Shown in pieces: positions 9,407 through 19,744 of a stretch of DNA of 64,000 nt. A program made the position numbers and the translations under genes. The stretch spans positions 15,336-79,335 of the forward strand of contig JAFTQV010000071.1 in assembly GCA_017462605.1 (NCBI GenBank), given 5' to 3'. The DNA comes from Clostridia bacterium (GTDB lineage Bacteria > Bacillota > Clostridia > Oscillospirales > CAG-272). The notes under the pieces were generated by a model. The model did no database searches. It was not told the DNA's origin and worked only from the letters and a program-made list of their open reading frames with translations. Numbering within the stretch: the first letter of the stretch is position 1; each line of letters opens with the position of its first letter.

Positions 9407-10621
9407 ATGAGTGAAATAACGATTTTTGGAGCAAGACCGCTCTTTGGCAATATCACCCCTTCGGGCTCGAAAAATGCGGCGCTTCCCATAATATTTGCGG
9501 CTCTTGCCGTCTCGGGCGTATCTGTTTTATACGATCTGCCCGATATCACAGACGTGCGTGTCGCGCTCGATATTATATCCGATTTTGGCGCAAAGATAGA
9601 AAGAGACGGCAGAAGGGTGACGCTTGATACCCGAAACGTCGCTTATAAAAAACCTGATAAAAAGCTTACTTCAAGGATCAGAGCGTCCTCTTATCTTATC
9701 GGCGCGTGCCTTTCGAGGTTCGGCGAATTTGATCTGTCTGAAGTAGGCGGCTGCAATTTCTGCAACCGACCTCTCGATATGCATCTTTATGCCGCGGAAA
9801 AATTGGGAACGAAGATAGAGGGCGAGAGGCTCAGCGCTTCGCGTCTTTCGGGAGCAGATATAAAATTTAATAAAATATCCGTCGGCGCGACTATTAATGC
9901 ATTAATAATGGCGTCGCGCGCCAAGGGCGTAACGAGAATATTCGGAGCGGCAAGAGAGCCGCACGTTAAAAACGTGATAAGATATCTCAGAGCGGCGGGA
10001 GCTGAAATATGCGATAGCGCAGATGCGCTGACCGTTAAAGGCTCTATTCTTTCGGGGGCTGAGGTGAAAATAATTCCCGATATGATCGAAGCGGGAACGT
10101 TTCTTCTCTTAGGACCGCTAACGGGCGGTATGGTATCGGTTGATATCCCCAAGGATGCGGGGCTTGAAAGCTTTTTTGAAGTGCTATCCGATTCGGGAAT
10201 AAGCATAAGCCGTAATGAGAATATCGTAAGCGCATGGGGCGAACCTTTTAAAAAGATACGGGTATCAACCTCTCCGCACCCCGGGTTTCCAACCGATCTT
10301 CAGCCGCAGACAGCTCCGCTTATGGCAAGGTATCACGGCGGAGAAATAATTGAAAACGTCTGGCAGGATAGGTTCTCCTACCTCAATTCCTTATCCGCAT
10401 TTGGAATAAAGAGTGATAAGATCGTCGGGGGAAGAAGGATAAATCCATCAAGGATAGGCGCTGCCGAGTGTGAGGCTCCGGACCTCAGAGGAGGCGCAGC
10501 TGCAGTTCTTTCCGCTCTTGTGGCGGAAGGGAAGAGTAAAATAAAAAACACCGAGCTGATAATGAGAGGCTATGCCGATATATGGGCAAAGCTCAGATCG
10601 CTCGGTGCTCGTATAGAATAA
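9407..10621 (+). CDS. murA: UDP-N-acetylglucosamine 1-carboxyvinyltransferase
   Basis: 'GSKNAALPI' N-terminal motif, catalytic Cys context 'GGCNFCNRPLDMH', and 'FPTDLQ' near the C-terminus. Confidence 0.85.
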   Translation: MSEITIFGARPLFGNITPSGSKNAALPIIFAALAVSGVSVLYDLPDITDVRVALDIISDFGAKIERDGRRVTLDTRNVAYKKPDKKLTSRIRASSYLIGACLSRFGEFDLSEVGGCNFCNRPLDMHLYAAEKLGTKIEGERLSASRLSGADIKFNKISVGATINALIMASRAKGVTRIFGAAREPHVKNVIRYLRAAGAEICDSADALTVKGSILSGAEVKIIPDMIEAGTFLLLGPLTGGMVSVDIPKDAGLESFFEVLSDSGISISRNENIVSAWGEPFKKIRVSTSPHPGFPTDLQPQTAPLMARYHGGEIIENVWQDRFSYLNSLSAFGIKSDKIVGGRRINPSRIGAAECEAPDLRGGAAAVLSALVAEGKSKIKNTELIMRGYADIWAKLRSLGARIE

Positions 10622-10645
10622 TTTTCTGAAAAGAGGATACATAAA

Positions 10646-11488
10646 ATGAAAAGAATTATCACTGTGCAGGACGTATCCTGCGTTGGTAAATGCTCGCTTA
10701 CGGTCGCATTGCCGATCATAAGCGCGGCAGGCGTTGAGTGCGGCGTTTTGCCGACAGCGGTCCTTTCGACCCATACTCAGTTTTCAAGCTTCACCTTTCA
10801 CGATCTGACCGATGAGATACAGCCAATCGCCGATACCTTCAAAAAGCTTGATATAGATTTTGACGCTATCTATACCGGATATCTCGGTTCTCACCGTCAG
10901 CTCGAGCTTGTTGAAAGCTTTTTCGATACCTTTAAAAAGGATGATACGGTTATAGTTATCGATCCCGTTATGGCGGATAACGGTAAGCTTTATCACGGAT
11001 TTACGCCCGAATTTGCCGCGCGCATGGCAAAGCTTTGCAAAAAAGCCGACCTTATCGTCCCAAATCTTACCGAGGCGTCATTTATGCTTGGCATAGAGTA
11101 TAGACCCGATTATGATGAGGAATATATCAGATACGTGCTTAAGCTTCTTACAGGTCTTGGCTGCCCGAGAGCTGCTTTGACAGGAATATCGCTTGAAAGC
11201 GATAAGATCGGCGTGTACTATTACGACTCGGTCAGCGATAAATACTATTCCTACTTCAACGAGCTTCTTCCCGTCAGCTATCACGGAACAGGCGATATTT
11301 ATGCCTCGGCTGCCGTTGGCGCGATCACTCGCGGAATAAGCTTTGAGGAATCGCTTCGTATAGCGACCGACTATACTCTCGAATGCATGAAGCTCACCCT
11401 TCGTGATGAAAACAGAAGGTTTTACGGCGTTAATTTTGAGCAAGCTCTGCCGTATTATATCGAAATGATCGATAGAGCTGTAAAATAA
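10646..11488 (+). CDS. pdxK: pyridoxal/pyridoxamine kinase
   Basis: The N-terminus 'IITVQDVSCVGKCSLTVALPIISAAGVECGVLPTAVLSTHT' and C-terminal 'GTGDIYASA' are typical of PdxK/PdxY-type ribokinase-fold kinases. Confidence 0.85.
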   Translation: MKRIITVQDVSCVGKCSLTVALPIISAAGVECGVLPTAVLSTHTQFSSFTFHDLTDEIQPIADTFKKLDIDFDAIYTGYLGSHRQLELVESFFDTFKKDDTVIVIDPVMADNGKLYHGFTPEFAARMAKLCKKADLIVPNLTEASFMLGIEYRPDYDEEYIRYVLKLLTGLGCPRAALTGISLESDKIGVYYYDSVSDKYYSYFNELLPVSYHGTGDIYASAAVGAITRGISFEESLRIATDYTLECMKLTLRDENRRFYGVNFEQALPYYIEMIDRAVK

Positions 11489-11494
11489 GCTCCT

Positions 11495-11893
11495 TTACCT
11501 TCTGATCCTTCGTTTGTTTTTTCTCGGCATGGCGAGAATTGCGGAGAGAAATGAAAGCGCTAAAAAGCAAAGCATATTAACGGCGTGAAAAAGCTCGATC
11601 TTACCGCCTGTGGCAATAAGTGTGATCAAAGTGAATACAACTGTTGCGGCAGAAGCGGGGATCATAGAGCGCATAACCGTTTCGCTCCCGCTGATCTTCG
11701 CGGAAAAGAACGTACCGATCGCACCTGATAAAACGAGCGCAAGAGCAGAGAAGAGAGGTATATTTGCCGTTGAGTCGGAAGAGCCGTATCTTACGGCACT
11801 GATCACGAACGATATCAATAAATAAATTACCGCTATTGCGAAAACTCCGATAGCCGCGCTTGGTATGGGCGGCAGACATACTTTCTTTTTCAT
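11495..11893 (-). CDS. small integral membrane protein (about 4 TM helices), function unknown
   Basis: The hydrophobic profile shows about 4 TM helices, and the C-terminus is basic (RKNKRRIRR). Confidence 0.6.
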   Translation of the reverse strand: MKKKVCLPPIPSAAIGVFAIAVIYLLISFVISAVRYGSSDSTANIPLFSALALVLSGAIGTFFSAKISGSETVMRSMIPASAATVVFTLITLIATGGKIELFHAVNMLCFLALSFLSAILAMPRKNKRRIRR

Positions 11894-11955
11894 AATAAAA
11901 AGCCTCCGAATTACTTTTACTAAAGCATATTCGGAGACTTTTTATTTTATTCTGA

Positions 11956-12411
11956 TTATTTATCCTCGGGCTTTTCTTCGGTTGCCGTATCGGGATCTGC
12001 AGCAGCTGCATCCTCAGCGGGAGCATCTGCATTCACTGCCTTGGGAGCATTCTTTTCTGCCTCTTCGGCAATTACTGCAGCCGCAATATCCTCAGCCTTA
12101 ACGTCAACGCTTCTGATAGCAGCCTTAAGGAAACGGATCTTGGTCTTATCTCTTGTGGTCTCAAGAACAAAGGTCTCGCCCTTGATCGAAACTACTTTAC
12201 CTATAATTCCGCCGATAGTAGTAACCTCATCGCCTACCGCGAGAGCATCACGCATTGCATTGTCCTTCTGCTCCTGCTTCTTCTGGGGGCGGATCATGAA
12301 GAGCCAGAAGACAAGAATAAGAACGGCGATAAGTATAAGTGTGGTCCACCAGTTGTTGCCATTTGTGGCGGTACCGGTTGCCGTATCAAGTAAAAATGAA
12401 AAATTCAGCAT
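11956..12411 (-). CDS. yajC: preprotein translocase subunit YajC with an acidic Ala/Glu-rich C-terminal tail
   Basis: A single TM helix followed by 'MIRPQKKQEQK...LAVGDEVTTIGGIIGKVVSI', the YajC signature. Confidence 0.9.
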   Translation of the reverse strand: MLNFSFLLDTATGTATNGNNWWTTLILIAVLILVFWLFMIRPQKKQEQKDNAMRDALAVGDEVTTIGGIIGKVVSIKGETFVLETTRDKTKIRFLKAAIRSVDVKAEDIAAAVIAEEAEKNAPKAVNADAPAEDAAAADPDTATEEKPEDK

Positions 12412-12493
12412 TGTCTTTACCTTTCTTTTAATTCAATCAACGAACATTATACAACATAAATATGAATAATTCAAGAGCTTAGTAAATTAATTT

Positions 12494-15400
12494 TTAAAAA
12501 TTAGTCTTTAATAGCTTCTTTTTTGCTCTTTCCGCCTCACTCGCGATAGATCTTGCGACCTTCTGAGGCGATATCCAGAAATCTCTTGACCATACTCTCA
12601 CGAGATTCCAACCGCGCGATTCAAGGAATCCCGGCTTGCTGACGTCTCTTTCCATTGACGAATTAGACGATGCAAAGGCATCAGAATCAAGCACAACGCC
12701 GACAAGGTATCTGTCAAGCTCAGGGTCATAAACCGCGAGAGATATTCTGTTTTTTGCGTTTCCGAGTCCGAGCTCTACCGCGTATCCAAGCTTTTCAAGC
12801 CTCTCTTTAAGATCATTCTCTATCGAAACAGCGCGTATGAAATCGCCTGCGCCTGTATCGGGTGCCGAGAGCGTAGCCAGCACGGCTTCCGCTTCCTGTT
12901 GATTGCGGGATGCAACGGCTCTGACGTAAGAAAGATATGTCTTAAGAAGCTTAGGGCCTTCATTTTTAGTGAGATCAACCTTGAGATCCTCGGGCTCTAT
13001 GCTCGTCACAACGATTATCTTCGATCTCGCTCTCGTAATGGCAACGTTGAGTCTGTTCTCGCCGCCCTCAGCCGAGAGGGAACCGAAATTGGTATATATT
13101 CTGCCAAGCTCGTTTTCAGCATAGCCGATAGAGAAAATAATAATGTCTCTTTCATCACCCTGAACGTTCTCAAGATTTTTTATAAATATACTCGTATCCT
13201 CTCCGCCGTCGGTTCTCGCCCTTTCTTTGAGCATGTATGAGCGGAATGTCGGATCCTTTGAGCATTCCTTATCTATCATATCGGCGATAGCTGTCTGCTG
13301 ATCCGCATTAAAGGTTATGATGCCTATGCTTTCGTTATTCTTCCTTGTTAAGAATATGCCGCGAAGGATGTCAACGACCTTCTTTGCCTCGGGAATGTTC
13401 TTGCGGTCTATCCATTTTCCCGCGACCTTATACCGCTCGATCGGGCAAGAGTCCGAATTTTTCGAGGTGTTTGGCGAGACCTCAAGCTTCATATCGTAAA
13501 AGGCTCGGTTCGAGAAATTAATAAGCTCGGCGCTCTTGCTTCGATAATGATACGTAAGATTTGTGCTTTGATACCTTGCAACGGCAAGGTCAAGAAGAGA
13601 TTCTACCTCAAGAGCCGCCTGGACAGAATAGTCCTCTATCGTTTCAATGTCCGCTCCGAGATATCTCTTCATGAATACGGTCGAGGGGCGAAGCTGCTTT
13701 GAGTCGCCGGCTACTACTATGTTTTTTCCTCTGTATATCGAAGGGATAGTGCTTTCTATAAACACCTGCGACGCCTCGTCAAAAATAACGAGATCGAAAA
13801 GATTTTTCGTCAGCGGCAGAAGGACAGAAACGTTCTCGGGCGAAAGAAGCCAGCAAGGGAAGAGCGATAAAATATACTCTCCGAAGGCTTCCATAGTTTT
13901 TCTGATAGGCCAGAACTTTTGCTTTTTTGATATCTGATAAAGATAGTCCTTGTTGTCGGCAGAGCTTTCGTAAAGCTTGTCGTATTTCTTTGCCGAAGCC
14001 GCCTCGCATATTTTGACAGAAAGCGAAAGCTGCTCCTCTTTATATCGGACTATTCTTGAGGTAACGTTGCGGAAATCGAGGATCTTTGCAAGCTTTTCTT
14101 TACATTCATCTTCGTATTTTACCGTTTCATGATAAATTCTCAATTCAAGAATTTTAGAAATAATATCGGCATAATTCTGATAGTTTTTGCTTATGGCATA
14201 TGCAAAAGAAAGGATCGCAGTCTTGTTTTTATCAAGTCCGAGAAGAAGCTTGCTGACGTCACGGAGATTGATGTAGTTATCGAGCGCTTCAAATACGAAC
14301 TTAAGATAAGATGTATTCGCCCTGAGCACGTTATCGATGACCGCGAGATAACCGTCATCAGTCAGCACCTTTTTGAGAAATGCATAATCCTTGGCGTAGC
14401 TCTCTATTGCCGCTTTGGTTTCCGCAAAGCGCTCCTTGATCTCGTCTCGGCTCTCCTTCGAGAACCTTTTTGCAAGGCGTACCGCGCTTGCAAGTACCTT
14501 TTTGTTATCAAGCTGATAGTAGTATGCAAGCACCTGGCGGTAGTAAGGATATTTCGCAATGTTAAAAGGTGCGCGCCTTGATTTCATCATCTCCGAAAGC
14601 GCTCCCTTGACCTCGCAAAGCGTTATGGTATCAACGTCGGAGCGCATCAGGTCTATTATCGGATTTTTTTCCTTTTCCTGAACGTAGTTATAATAAAGCT
14701 CCTCAAGATTTTTTGCCTTTATATCATGAAGCGCATCCTTAAGCTGAGCGTAAGTGAGTGACATTATTTCATCGTATGCGCAGAGCTTCGTGTATATCGC
14801 GTACTCCGTTGAGTTCTTCTGAAGCATCGTTGAAGAGTTATACATCTCGGAAAGCGAAAGACCGAAGGGGCGCTTATCGTTAAGTAGCGAAGCTATGGAA
14901 TCAAGAACTGCCATCTGCTCGGCGATCTTTGATTCAAGCTCGAGAAAATCACTCTTCGCCTTGTCCGCGCTTTCGAGAGCGAGGACGACCGCTTTTTGAT
15001 GAGCGGAAAGACATCTGTCGTAGAAGGCTGCCTTTTCCTTTGTCTCATCGGTTATATACATCGCCTTTTCACAAAGCGCACCGAGCCTGTTATATACAAC
15101 GTCGAGAGCTGCTTTTTTCTGCGATACGACAAGCACCCTTTTTCCCTTAGCCATGGCATCGGTGATAACGTTTACTATCGTCTGCGATTTACCTGTTCCG
15201 GGAGGACCCCAGATGACCATGTTACCGCATTCGTCAACGCGTCTGACTACCTCGGATTGAGCGTAGTCGGGCATTTTCACGTTAAAAGATCCCGCTAAAG
15301 CTCCTTTTTTATGAGCCTTGATCTTCGGCTTTTTATTTGAATTCTTTTTACGTGTCGGTCTTAAAAGCTCCTCGATCGCGTCGTTGGTCAGCTTCTTCTT

Positions 15401-16270
15401 TTCAAGGATTCCGTAATCGTTGAATATAGAGCTCGAAAGAGAATATCTCGTCATTATGGCGGCATATCGTATCGATAAGGTGATCTTGCCGTCGGGCTCC
15501 TTGAATCTTCCGAAATTATAAACGTTTTTTGATTCGTATTCGGTTCCGTCAAATCTGATGTGAAAGCTATCGAGATATTTGATGACAGCAGCCACAGAGG
15601 GATATGCCGACATATCGTCGAATTCGGTCTCGAGACCGTCTATATTCAGCTTCTTTGATTGCGCGTAAGCAAAAATAAGCGCGCGGTTGAGCTGTATCTT
15701 TTCTTTTTCGTTTATGGATATTTCAACTGTGCTCTCATCGGGAATATCTATCTTGACAGGGAAGAGCAAAAGAGGAGCCTTGACCGTGGTTTTTGCAGAT
15801 CCCTGATGGATCGTGCCGAATACAAAAGGATAGCCCACGTAAAGCTCGGCGCGGCCTGTCTCCTTTTCGATCTCCTCAACGTCGCGCTTCAGTTGCTTTA
15901 TCTTTGATATCTCATGCTCGATCGCGCGGTTGCTTTCCTCACGTCTTATGCGATCGTTTTTCAAGGTTGCCTTTGTAAGCTCGTCTCCGATAAGCTCCGA
16001 GACGTCGAGCGTTTTCTTGTCAAGCGCAGACTGTATGTCAAGATTTTCGATAAGCTGCTTCTTTTCGCGCGCACCAATAAGTGTAAAGGGGAATCTTTTT
16101 GATGCGAAGAGAAAATCAAGAAATTCAGATACCTTTTCTCCGCGCCCCTCAAGGATACGCCCGATATCGTATGCGCCGCGCTTTCCGGCGCTTCTTAAAT
16201 ATAGGCATTTATTATTTCCGCCGATCTCGATCAGGCGCTCTTTATAATAAGTATAGATACCTTTTTTCAC
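12494..16270 (-). CDS. DUF4011-type superfamily-1 (Upf1/DNA2-like) helicase with a C-terminal DUF559/Vsr-like nuclease-fold domain
   Basis: Walker A 'GPPGTGKSQT', motif II 'IFDEASQ', 'VVAGDSKQLRP', 'YHYRS' and motif VI 'RLNVAITRAR'. The C-terminal 'GWNLVRVWSRDFW' resembles the DUF559 [16 protein letters not shown] tail. Confidence 0.8.
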   Translation of the reverse strand: MKKGIYTYYKERLIEIGGNNKCLYLRSAGKRGAYDIGRILEGRGEKVSEFLDFLFASKRFPFTLIGAREKKQLIENLDIQSALDKKTLDVSELIGDELTKATLKNDRIRREESNRAIEHEISKIKQLKRDVEEIEKETGRAELYVGYPFVFGTIHQGSAKTTVKAPLLLFPVKIDIPDESTVEISINEKEKIQLNRALIFAYAQSKKLNIDGLETEFDDMSAYPSVAAVIKYLDSFHIRFDGTEYESKNVYNFGRFKEPDGKITLSIRYAAIMTRYSLSSSIFNDYGILEKKKLTNDAIEELLRPTRKKNSNKKPKIKAHKKGALAGSFNVKMPDYAQSEVVRRVDECGNMVIWGPPGTGKSQTIVNVITDAMAKGKRVLVVSQKKAALDVVYNRLGALCEKAMYITDETKEKAAFYDRCLSAHQKAVVLALESADKAKSDFLELESKIAEQMAVLDSIASLLNDKRPFGLSLSEMYNSSTMLQKNSTEYAIYTKLCAYDEIMSLTYAQLKDALHDIKAKNLEELYYNYVQEKEKNPIIDLMRSDVDTITLCEVKGALSEMMKSRRAPFNIAKYPYYRQVLAYYYQLDNKKVLASAVRLAKRFSKESRDEIKERFAETKAAIESYAKDYAFLKKVLTDDGYLAVIDNVLRANTSYLKFVFEALDNYINLRDVSKLLLGLDKNKTAILSFAYAISKNYQNYADIISKILELRIYHETVKYEDECKEKLAKILDFRNVTSRIVRYKEEQLSLSVKICEAASAKKYDKLYESSADNKDYLYQISKKQKFWPIRKTMEAFGEYILSLFPCWLLSPENVSVLLPLTKNLFDLVIFDEASQVFIESTIPSIYRGKNIVVAGDSKQLRPSTVFMKRYLGADIETIEDYSVQAALEVESLLDLAVARYQSTNLTYHYRSKSAELINFSNRAFYDMKLEVSPNTSKNSDSCPIERYKVAGKWIDRKNIPEAKKVVDILRGIFLTRKNNESIGIITFNADQQTAIADMIDKECSKDPTFRSYMLKERARTDGGEDTSIFIKNLENVQGDERDIIIFSIGYAENELGRIYTNFGSLSAEGGENRLNVAITRARSKIIVVTSIEPEDLKVDLTKNEGPKLLKTYLSYVRAVASRNQQEAEAVLATLSAPDTGAGDFIRAVSIENDLKERLEKLGYAVELGLGNAKNRISLAVYDPELDRYLVGVVLDSDAFASSNSSMERDVSKPGFLESRGWNLVRVWSRDFWISPQKVARSIASEAERAKKKLLKTNF

Positions 16271-16461
16271 CGAACGTCTCCTTTCAAAAATATTCTCATT
16301 ATATTATACTGTTTTTTTAGCCGAAAGTCAAGTCGAACCGGGTAAAATGCGATCTGATTTTATTCGGCGTTGAGAAAAGAAATCGTCTATGAAATTAATT
16401 ATAAACAAATACTTGTGCAAAAAATACAAAATTGCAAATTATTTTTTGCCATATTGACGAG

Positions 16462-16490
16462 TTGATTTTTCCGACCTTTAATGTTATAAT
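16462..16490 (+). promoter_or_regulatory. sigma-A promoter with extended -10
   Basis: TTGATT (16462-16467), 17 nt, tgtTATAAT (-10 at 16485-16490). Confidence 0.65.
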
Positions 16491-16527
16491 GTAAATAGTA
16501 ATTTTTATTATTTTCAAGGAGACGATT

Positions 16528-18849
16528 ATGAAATCAACAAAGAGATTTTTGGTTTTGCTTCTCGCTTTTGCTCTTGCGGCGTCCTGCTTTGCTGTGTTTG
16601 CGCTCGCATCTGAGGCAGAGGAGGAGTATAACTACCTTGATATGCTCGAGTATTATGAGACCGGTCATTATGTCAACGAGCACTTCAATACCGAAGGATT
16701 GAGTCAGGAAACGGTGTTTGCGGATAGCAGCAAAGAGTTTGCTCTTCCCGAATCGGGTGTTGCGTTTACTCACAATGCCGAGGCAGGCACAGGCGTATTC
16801 GGCGGCGGACTTTCCGCAACCGTTCTTACCGTTACTCCCGAGTCGGTAGGCAATTTCGGACTTAATATGAAGGCGAAGAACATTTCGGGCGGCAGAGGCT
16901 CTTCCATAAGACTTCAGCTTGTCAATGATCTTGGTAAATATGATTACATAGACGTTTTTGCTGTGTACAATAATACGCTTGAATATGCAACCGTAAAGGC
17001 AGATCCCGATACGGGTAAGCTCGAGGGAGCTGTTGAGACAGTTACCGATACGGCGTTTGCGGACGATACGGATGGCAACGGAGCATTCTTTACAGTTGAA
17101 TTCTTCTATGATAAGCTTTCCGGCAATAAGGCGAGCTTCACCGTCAACGGAGTTGATTATGCTCTTGATCTCGGAAGCTATTCCTATAAGCAGGTAAGAC
17201 TCATATTCACCTCTTGCGAGTTTGATTACCTTGAAATGTATAGCGGCTCCTTCCAGAGACGTCTTGTTGATTTCGAAAATGACGTAGCCGAGCATCTCGT
17301 AAGACTCTATGACCTTTATTGGTTCGAGGAAGATGAGGATAATATTGCTAAGTATATCGAAGCGGGAGCAAAGGTTCTCGGTCTTTACGGACTTGATCTT
17401 ACCAAGGTCGATAAGGACGTTCTTCATATCGATACCGATGCTTTCAGCCAGTATACCCCTGATAGATATATGGATGATATCAATACCTTTACCGGTATAG
17501 CTCTTAAAGAGTATGGCAACCTCGCGGCAGAAAGATTTGTTACCGATACCGATAAGCTTGCCGGCATCACCGATTACGGCGAAAAGCTTGCTCTTTATAC
17601 CGAGCTTTATAACTTCGAGAAAATCATTACCACGATAGAGACGGTTTATTCCGAAAAGGTTACACTTAATACCGAGGCTTCCCTTATTGAGGAAAAGAGA
17701 GCGCTTCTTGCCGAGGCATATGAGTGGCTTGAGACCGAGAAGGCAAATACCGTTCATTCCTTCGAGACCGTAAAGACCTCTCCCGATCCTTTCTCGGCAA
17801 CTTATAAAGAGCTTTACGATTTCTATCAGCTTTATAAGGATTATCCCATCTGCGAGACCTATTTCGATGAGACCCATTCTGCATCTGACGTAAAAGCGGC
17901 TTACCTTCGCGCAGAGACCCTTAAGAGCGAATTCTTAAGACTTGACTCTATGGCTAAGATCTTTGCTGAGAACGTTCCCGTTGCGGCAGACACCGATCTC
18001 ACGTTTGGTGAGAGATACGTTGCATTTGAAAAAGCAAAGAACAACGTGTTCACCGACTCTACTTACGATGAATTCCTTACCGATACTACCGTAGCGCTTC
18101 TCAACGAGGCATACAACAGTATAAAGGATTACTTTACAGCTCCCGCTGAGACGGCAGATAAGTTCCTCGCTAAGATGAACGAGGCTAAGGCTACCTTGAG
18201 CTATTCTGTTATGGAGAGCGCGCTTGATGAGGCAGAGACTTATCTCGATATCGTTGAGCCTACTTATCCCGGCGTTACCGAAGCAAAGGCGCTTTACACG
18301 GAGCTTCGCCAGAAGATAAGCGATGCTAAGACCGCTGCTGAGGATTATATCAAGGCAGTTCTTGCTGTTCGCGCTGCTACTACCGTTGCTGACAAGAAGG
18401 CGGCTATTGCGATCGCAAAGGAGAAGGGTGTTCTCGGTAATGACGTTTCTCTTGACGTAAGCGTTGTTGAGGGCGAGGAGACCTATACCGTTCTTTCGGC
18501 AAACGTTATTCTTTCTGATGAGGAGTCCAAGATAGTTCTCGAAGAGACCAAGAATGCAAACTTCATCAAGGCAGTTGAGGCTATCGAGACCAAGACGACC
18601 CTTGCTGAAAAACGAGCTGCAATATTCAAGGCTATTGAGCTTCAGGAGACTGCGGATAAGAAGATCAACGAGGTATCAAATGCTATCGCGGATCTCTCGG
18701 CTGCTATCGACGCGTTTAATGCAGAGGTAAATGCGGCAAACAATGAATCCGATGAATGCACCGAGGCTGCGGCTACCGTTGTTGAGAAGACTGTTCTCAC
18801 CAAGACTGCGGCAGATATCGTTGCGATCATCAAGAAGCTTTTTGATTGA
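16528..18849 (+). CDS. secreted protein of unknown function (773 aa)
   Basis: Signal peptide MKSTKRFLVLLLAFALAASCFAVFALA|SE. The N-terminal ~250 aa are beta-rich and the C-terminal half is Ala/Glu/Lys-rich and helical. No motif was recognised. Confidence 0.6.
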   Translation: MKSTKRFLVLLLAFALAASCFAVFALASEAEEEYNYLDMLEYYETGHYVNEHFNTEGLSQETVFADSSKEFALPESGVAFTHNAEAGTGVFGGGLSATVLTVTPESVGNFGLNMKAKNISGGRGSSIRLQLVNDLGKYDYIDVFAVYNNTLEYATVKADPDTGKLEGAVETVTDTAFADDTDGNGAFFTVEFFYDKLSGNKASFTVNGVDYALDLGSYSYKQVRLIFTSCEFDYLEMYSGSFQRRLVDFENDVAEHLVRLYDLYWFEEDEDNIAKYIEAGAKVLGLYGLDLTKVDKDVLHIDTDAFSQYTPDRYMDDINTFTGIALKEYGNLAAERFVTDTDKLAGITDYGEKLALYTELYNFEKIITTIETVYSEKVTLNTEASLIEEKRALLAEAYEWLETEKANTVHSFETVKTSPDPFSATYKELYDFYQLYKDYPICETYFDETHSASDVKAAYLRAETLKSEFLRLDSMAKIFAENVPVAADTDLTFGERYVAFEKAKNNVFTDSTYDEFLTDTTVALLNEAYNSIKDYFTAPAETADKFLAKMNEAKATLSYSVMESALDEAETYLDIVEPTYPGVTEAKALYTELRQKISDAKTAAEDYIKAVLAVRAATTVADKKAAIAIAKEKGVLGNDVSLDVSVVEGEETYTVLSANVILSDEESKIVLEETKNANFIKAVEAIETKTTLAEKRAAIFKAIELQETADKKINEVSNAIADLSAAIDAFNAEVNAANNESDECTEAAATVVEKTVLTKTAADIVAIIKKLFD

Positions 18850-18928
18850 TCTAAGATCAAATAATTATCGGGACTGTCACGGTTTTGGGGCAGTCCCGAA
18901 CTTATAAGAGTTTTCATACGAGGTAAAT

Positions 18929-19741
18929 ATGATTCCTGATTTTTCAGAAGTATATAAAAAGCTGACGGAGAGCGATAAAGATAATTCGCCGCTTCCCCCG
19001 TCTAGAAAAGAGATAATTTCAATCATAAAAGAGATCCAGCATCTTATGTTTCCCGAGTATTTTTCCTCAGCGTCAGGGCATAGCGGAATAGGAGCGATCA
19101 ACGAGCTTTATCTTAGGATAAAGCATCAGATAGAGGCTGCATTCCGTTTCTCCTCGTCCGAGGCGGGGGAGTGCGAAAAAATGACCGCACAGATCATAGA
19201 GTCTTTGCCAACCATAAAGGAAAAGCTTAATAAGGATATTATAGCTCTATACGAGGGAGACCCTGCGGCTAAGTGCCCTGAGGAGGTAATTCTTTCTTAT
19301 CCGGGATTTTATGCTATTTCCATTTACCGTATCGCGCACGAATTTTATACAAGAAAAATTCCGCTCCTCGCTCGCCTTATGACCGAGTATGCCCATGAAA
19401 AAACAGGTATTGACATTCACGCAGGCGCATCGATCGGAGAGTATTTCTTTATCGACCACGGAACGGGTATAGTAATAGGTGAGACTACAACGATAGGCAA
19501 TAGGGTGAAGATCTATCAGGGCGTCACTCTCGGAGCTAAGAGCTTTGATCTCGATGCGGAAGGTAATCCTATTAAAGGCGTAAAGAGACATCCCGATATA
19601 GGCAATAATGTTATAATCTATGCAAATGCGACAATTCTCGGCGGAGATACCAAAATAGGAGACGGAGCAATAATAGGAGCAAACGTTTGGCTCACTTCAT
19701 CCGTCCCCGCAGGATCAACAGTCTATTATAATAGGAAGTAA
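18929..19741 (+). CDS. cysE: serine O-acetyltransferase
   Basis: 'EGDPAA...ILSYPGFYAISIYRIAH' followed by hexapeptide repeats 'GIDIHAGASIGEYFFIDHGTGIVIGETTTIG'. Confidence 0.85.
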   Translation: MIPDFSEVYKKLTESDKDNSPLPPSRKEIISIIKEIQHLMFPEYFSSASGHSGIGAINELYLRIKHQIEAAFRFSSSEAGECEKMTAQIIESLPTIKEKLNKDIIALYEGDPAAKCPEEVILSYPGFYAISIYRIAHEFYTRKIPLLARLMTEYAHEKTGIDIHAGASIGEYFFIDHGTGIVIGETTTIGNRVKIYQGVTLGAKSFDLDAEGNPIKGVKRHPDIGNNVIIYANATILGGDTKIGDGAIIGANVWLTSSVPAGSTVYYNRK

Positions 19742-19744
19742 ATT

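Noticed and set aside
16534-17877. Very long antisense ORFs opposite real genes: 447 aa here, and also 5911-6705, 26089-26943, 27366-28028, 29126-29887, 42326-43330, 46028-46771 and 56196-57437
   Set aside because: The one I checked is codon-aligned (in phase) with the sense gene. Antisense stops would then require sense TTA, CTA or TCA codons, which this genome largely avoids (Leu is mostly CTT, Ser mostly TCn/AGC). The products are low-complexity with no motifs or RBS. I treat them as a compositional artefact, not overlapping genes.
18867-18898. Hairpin cgggactg/cagtcccg after the 773-aa gene as a terminator
   Set aside because: The stem is good but there is no U-tract on the plus strand, so I left it uncalled. 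It may still act as a weak or Rho-assisted stop.
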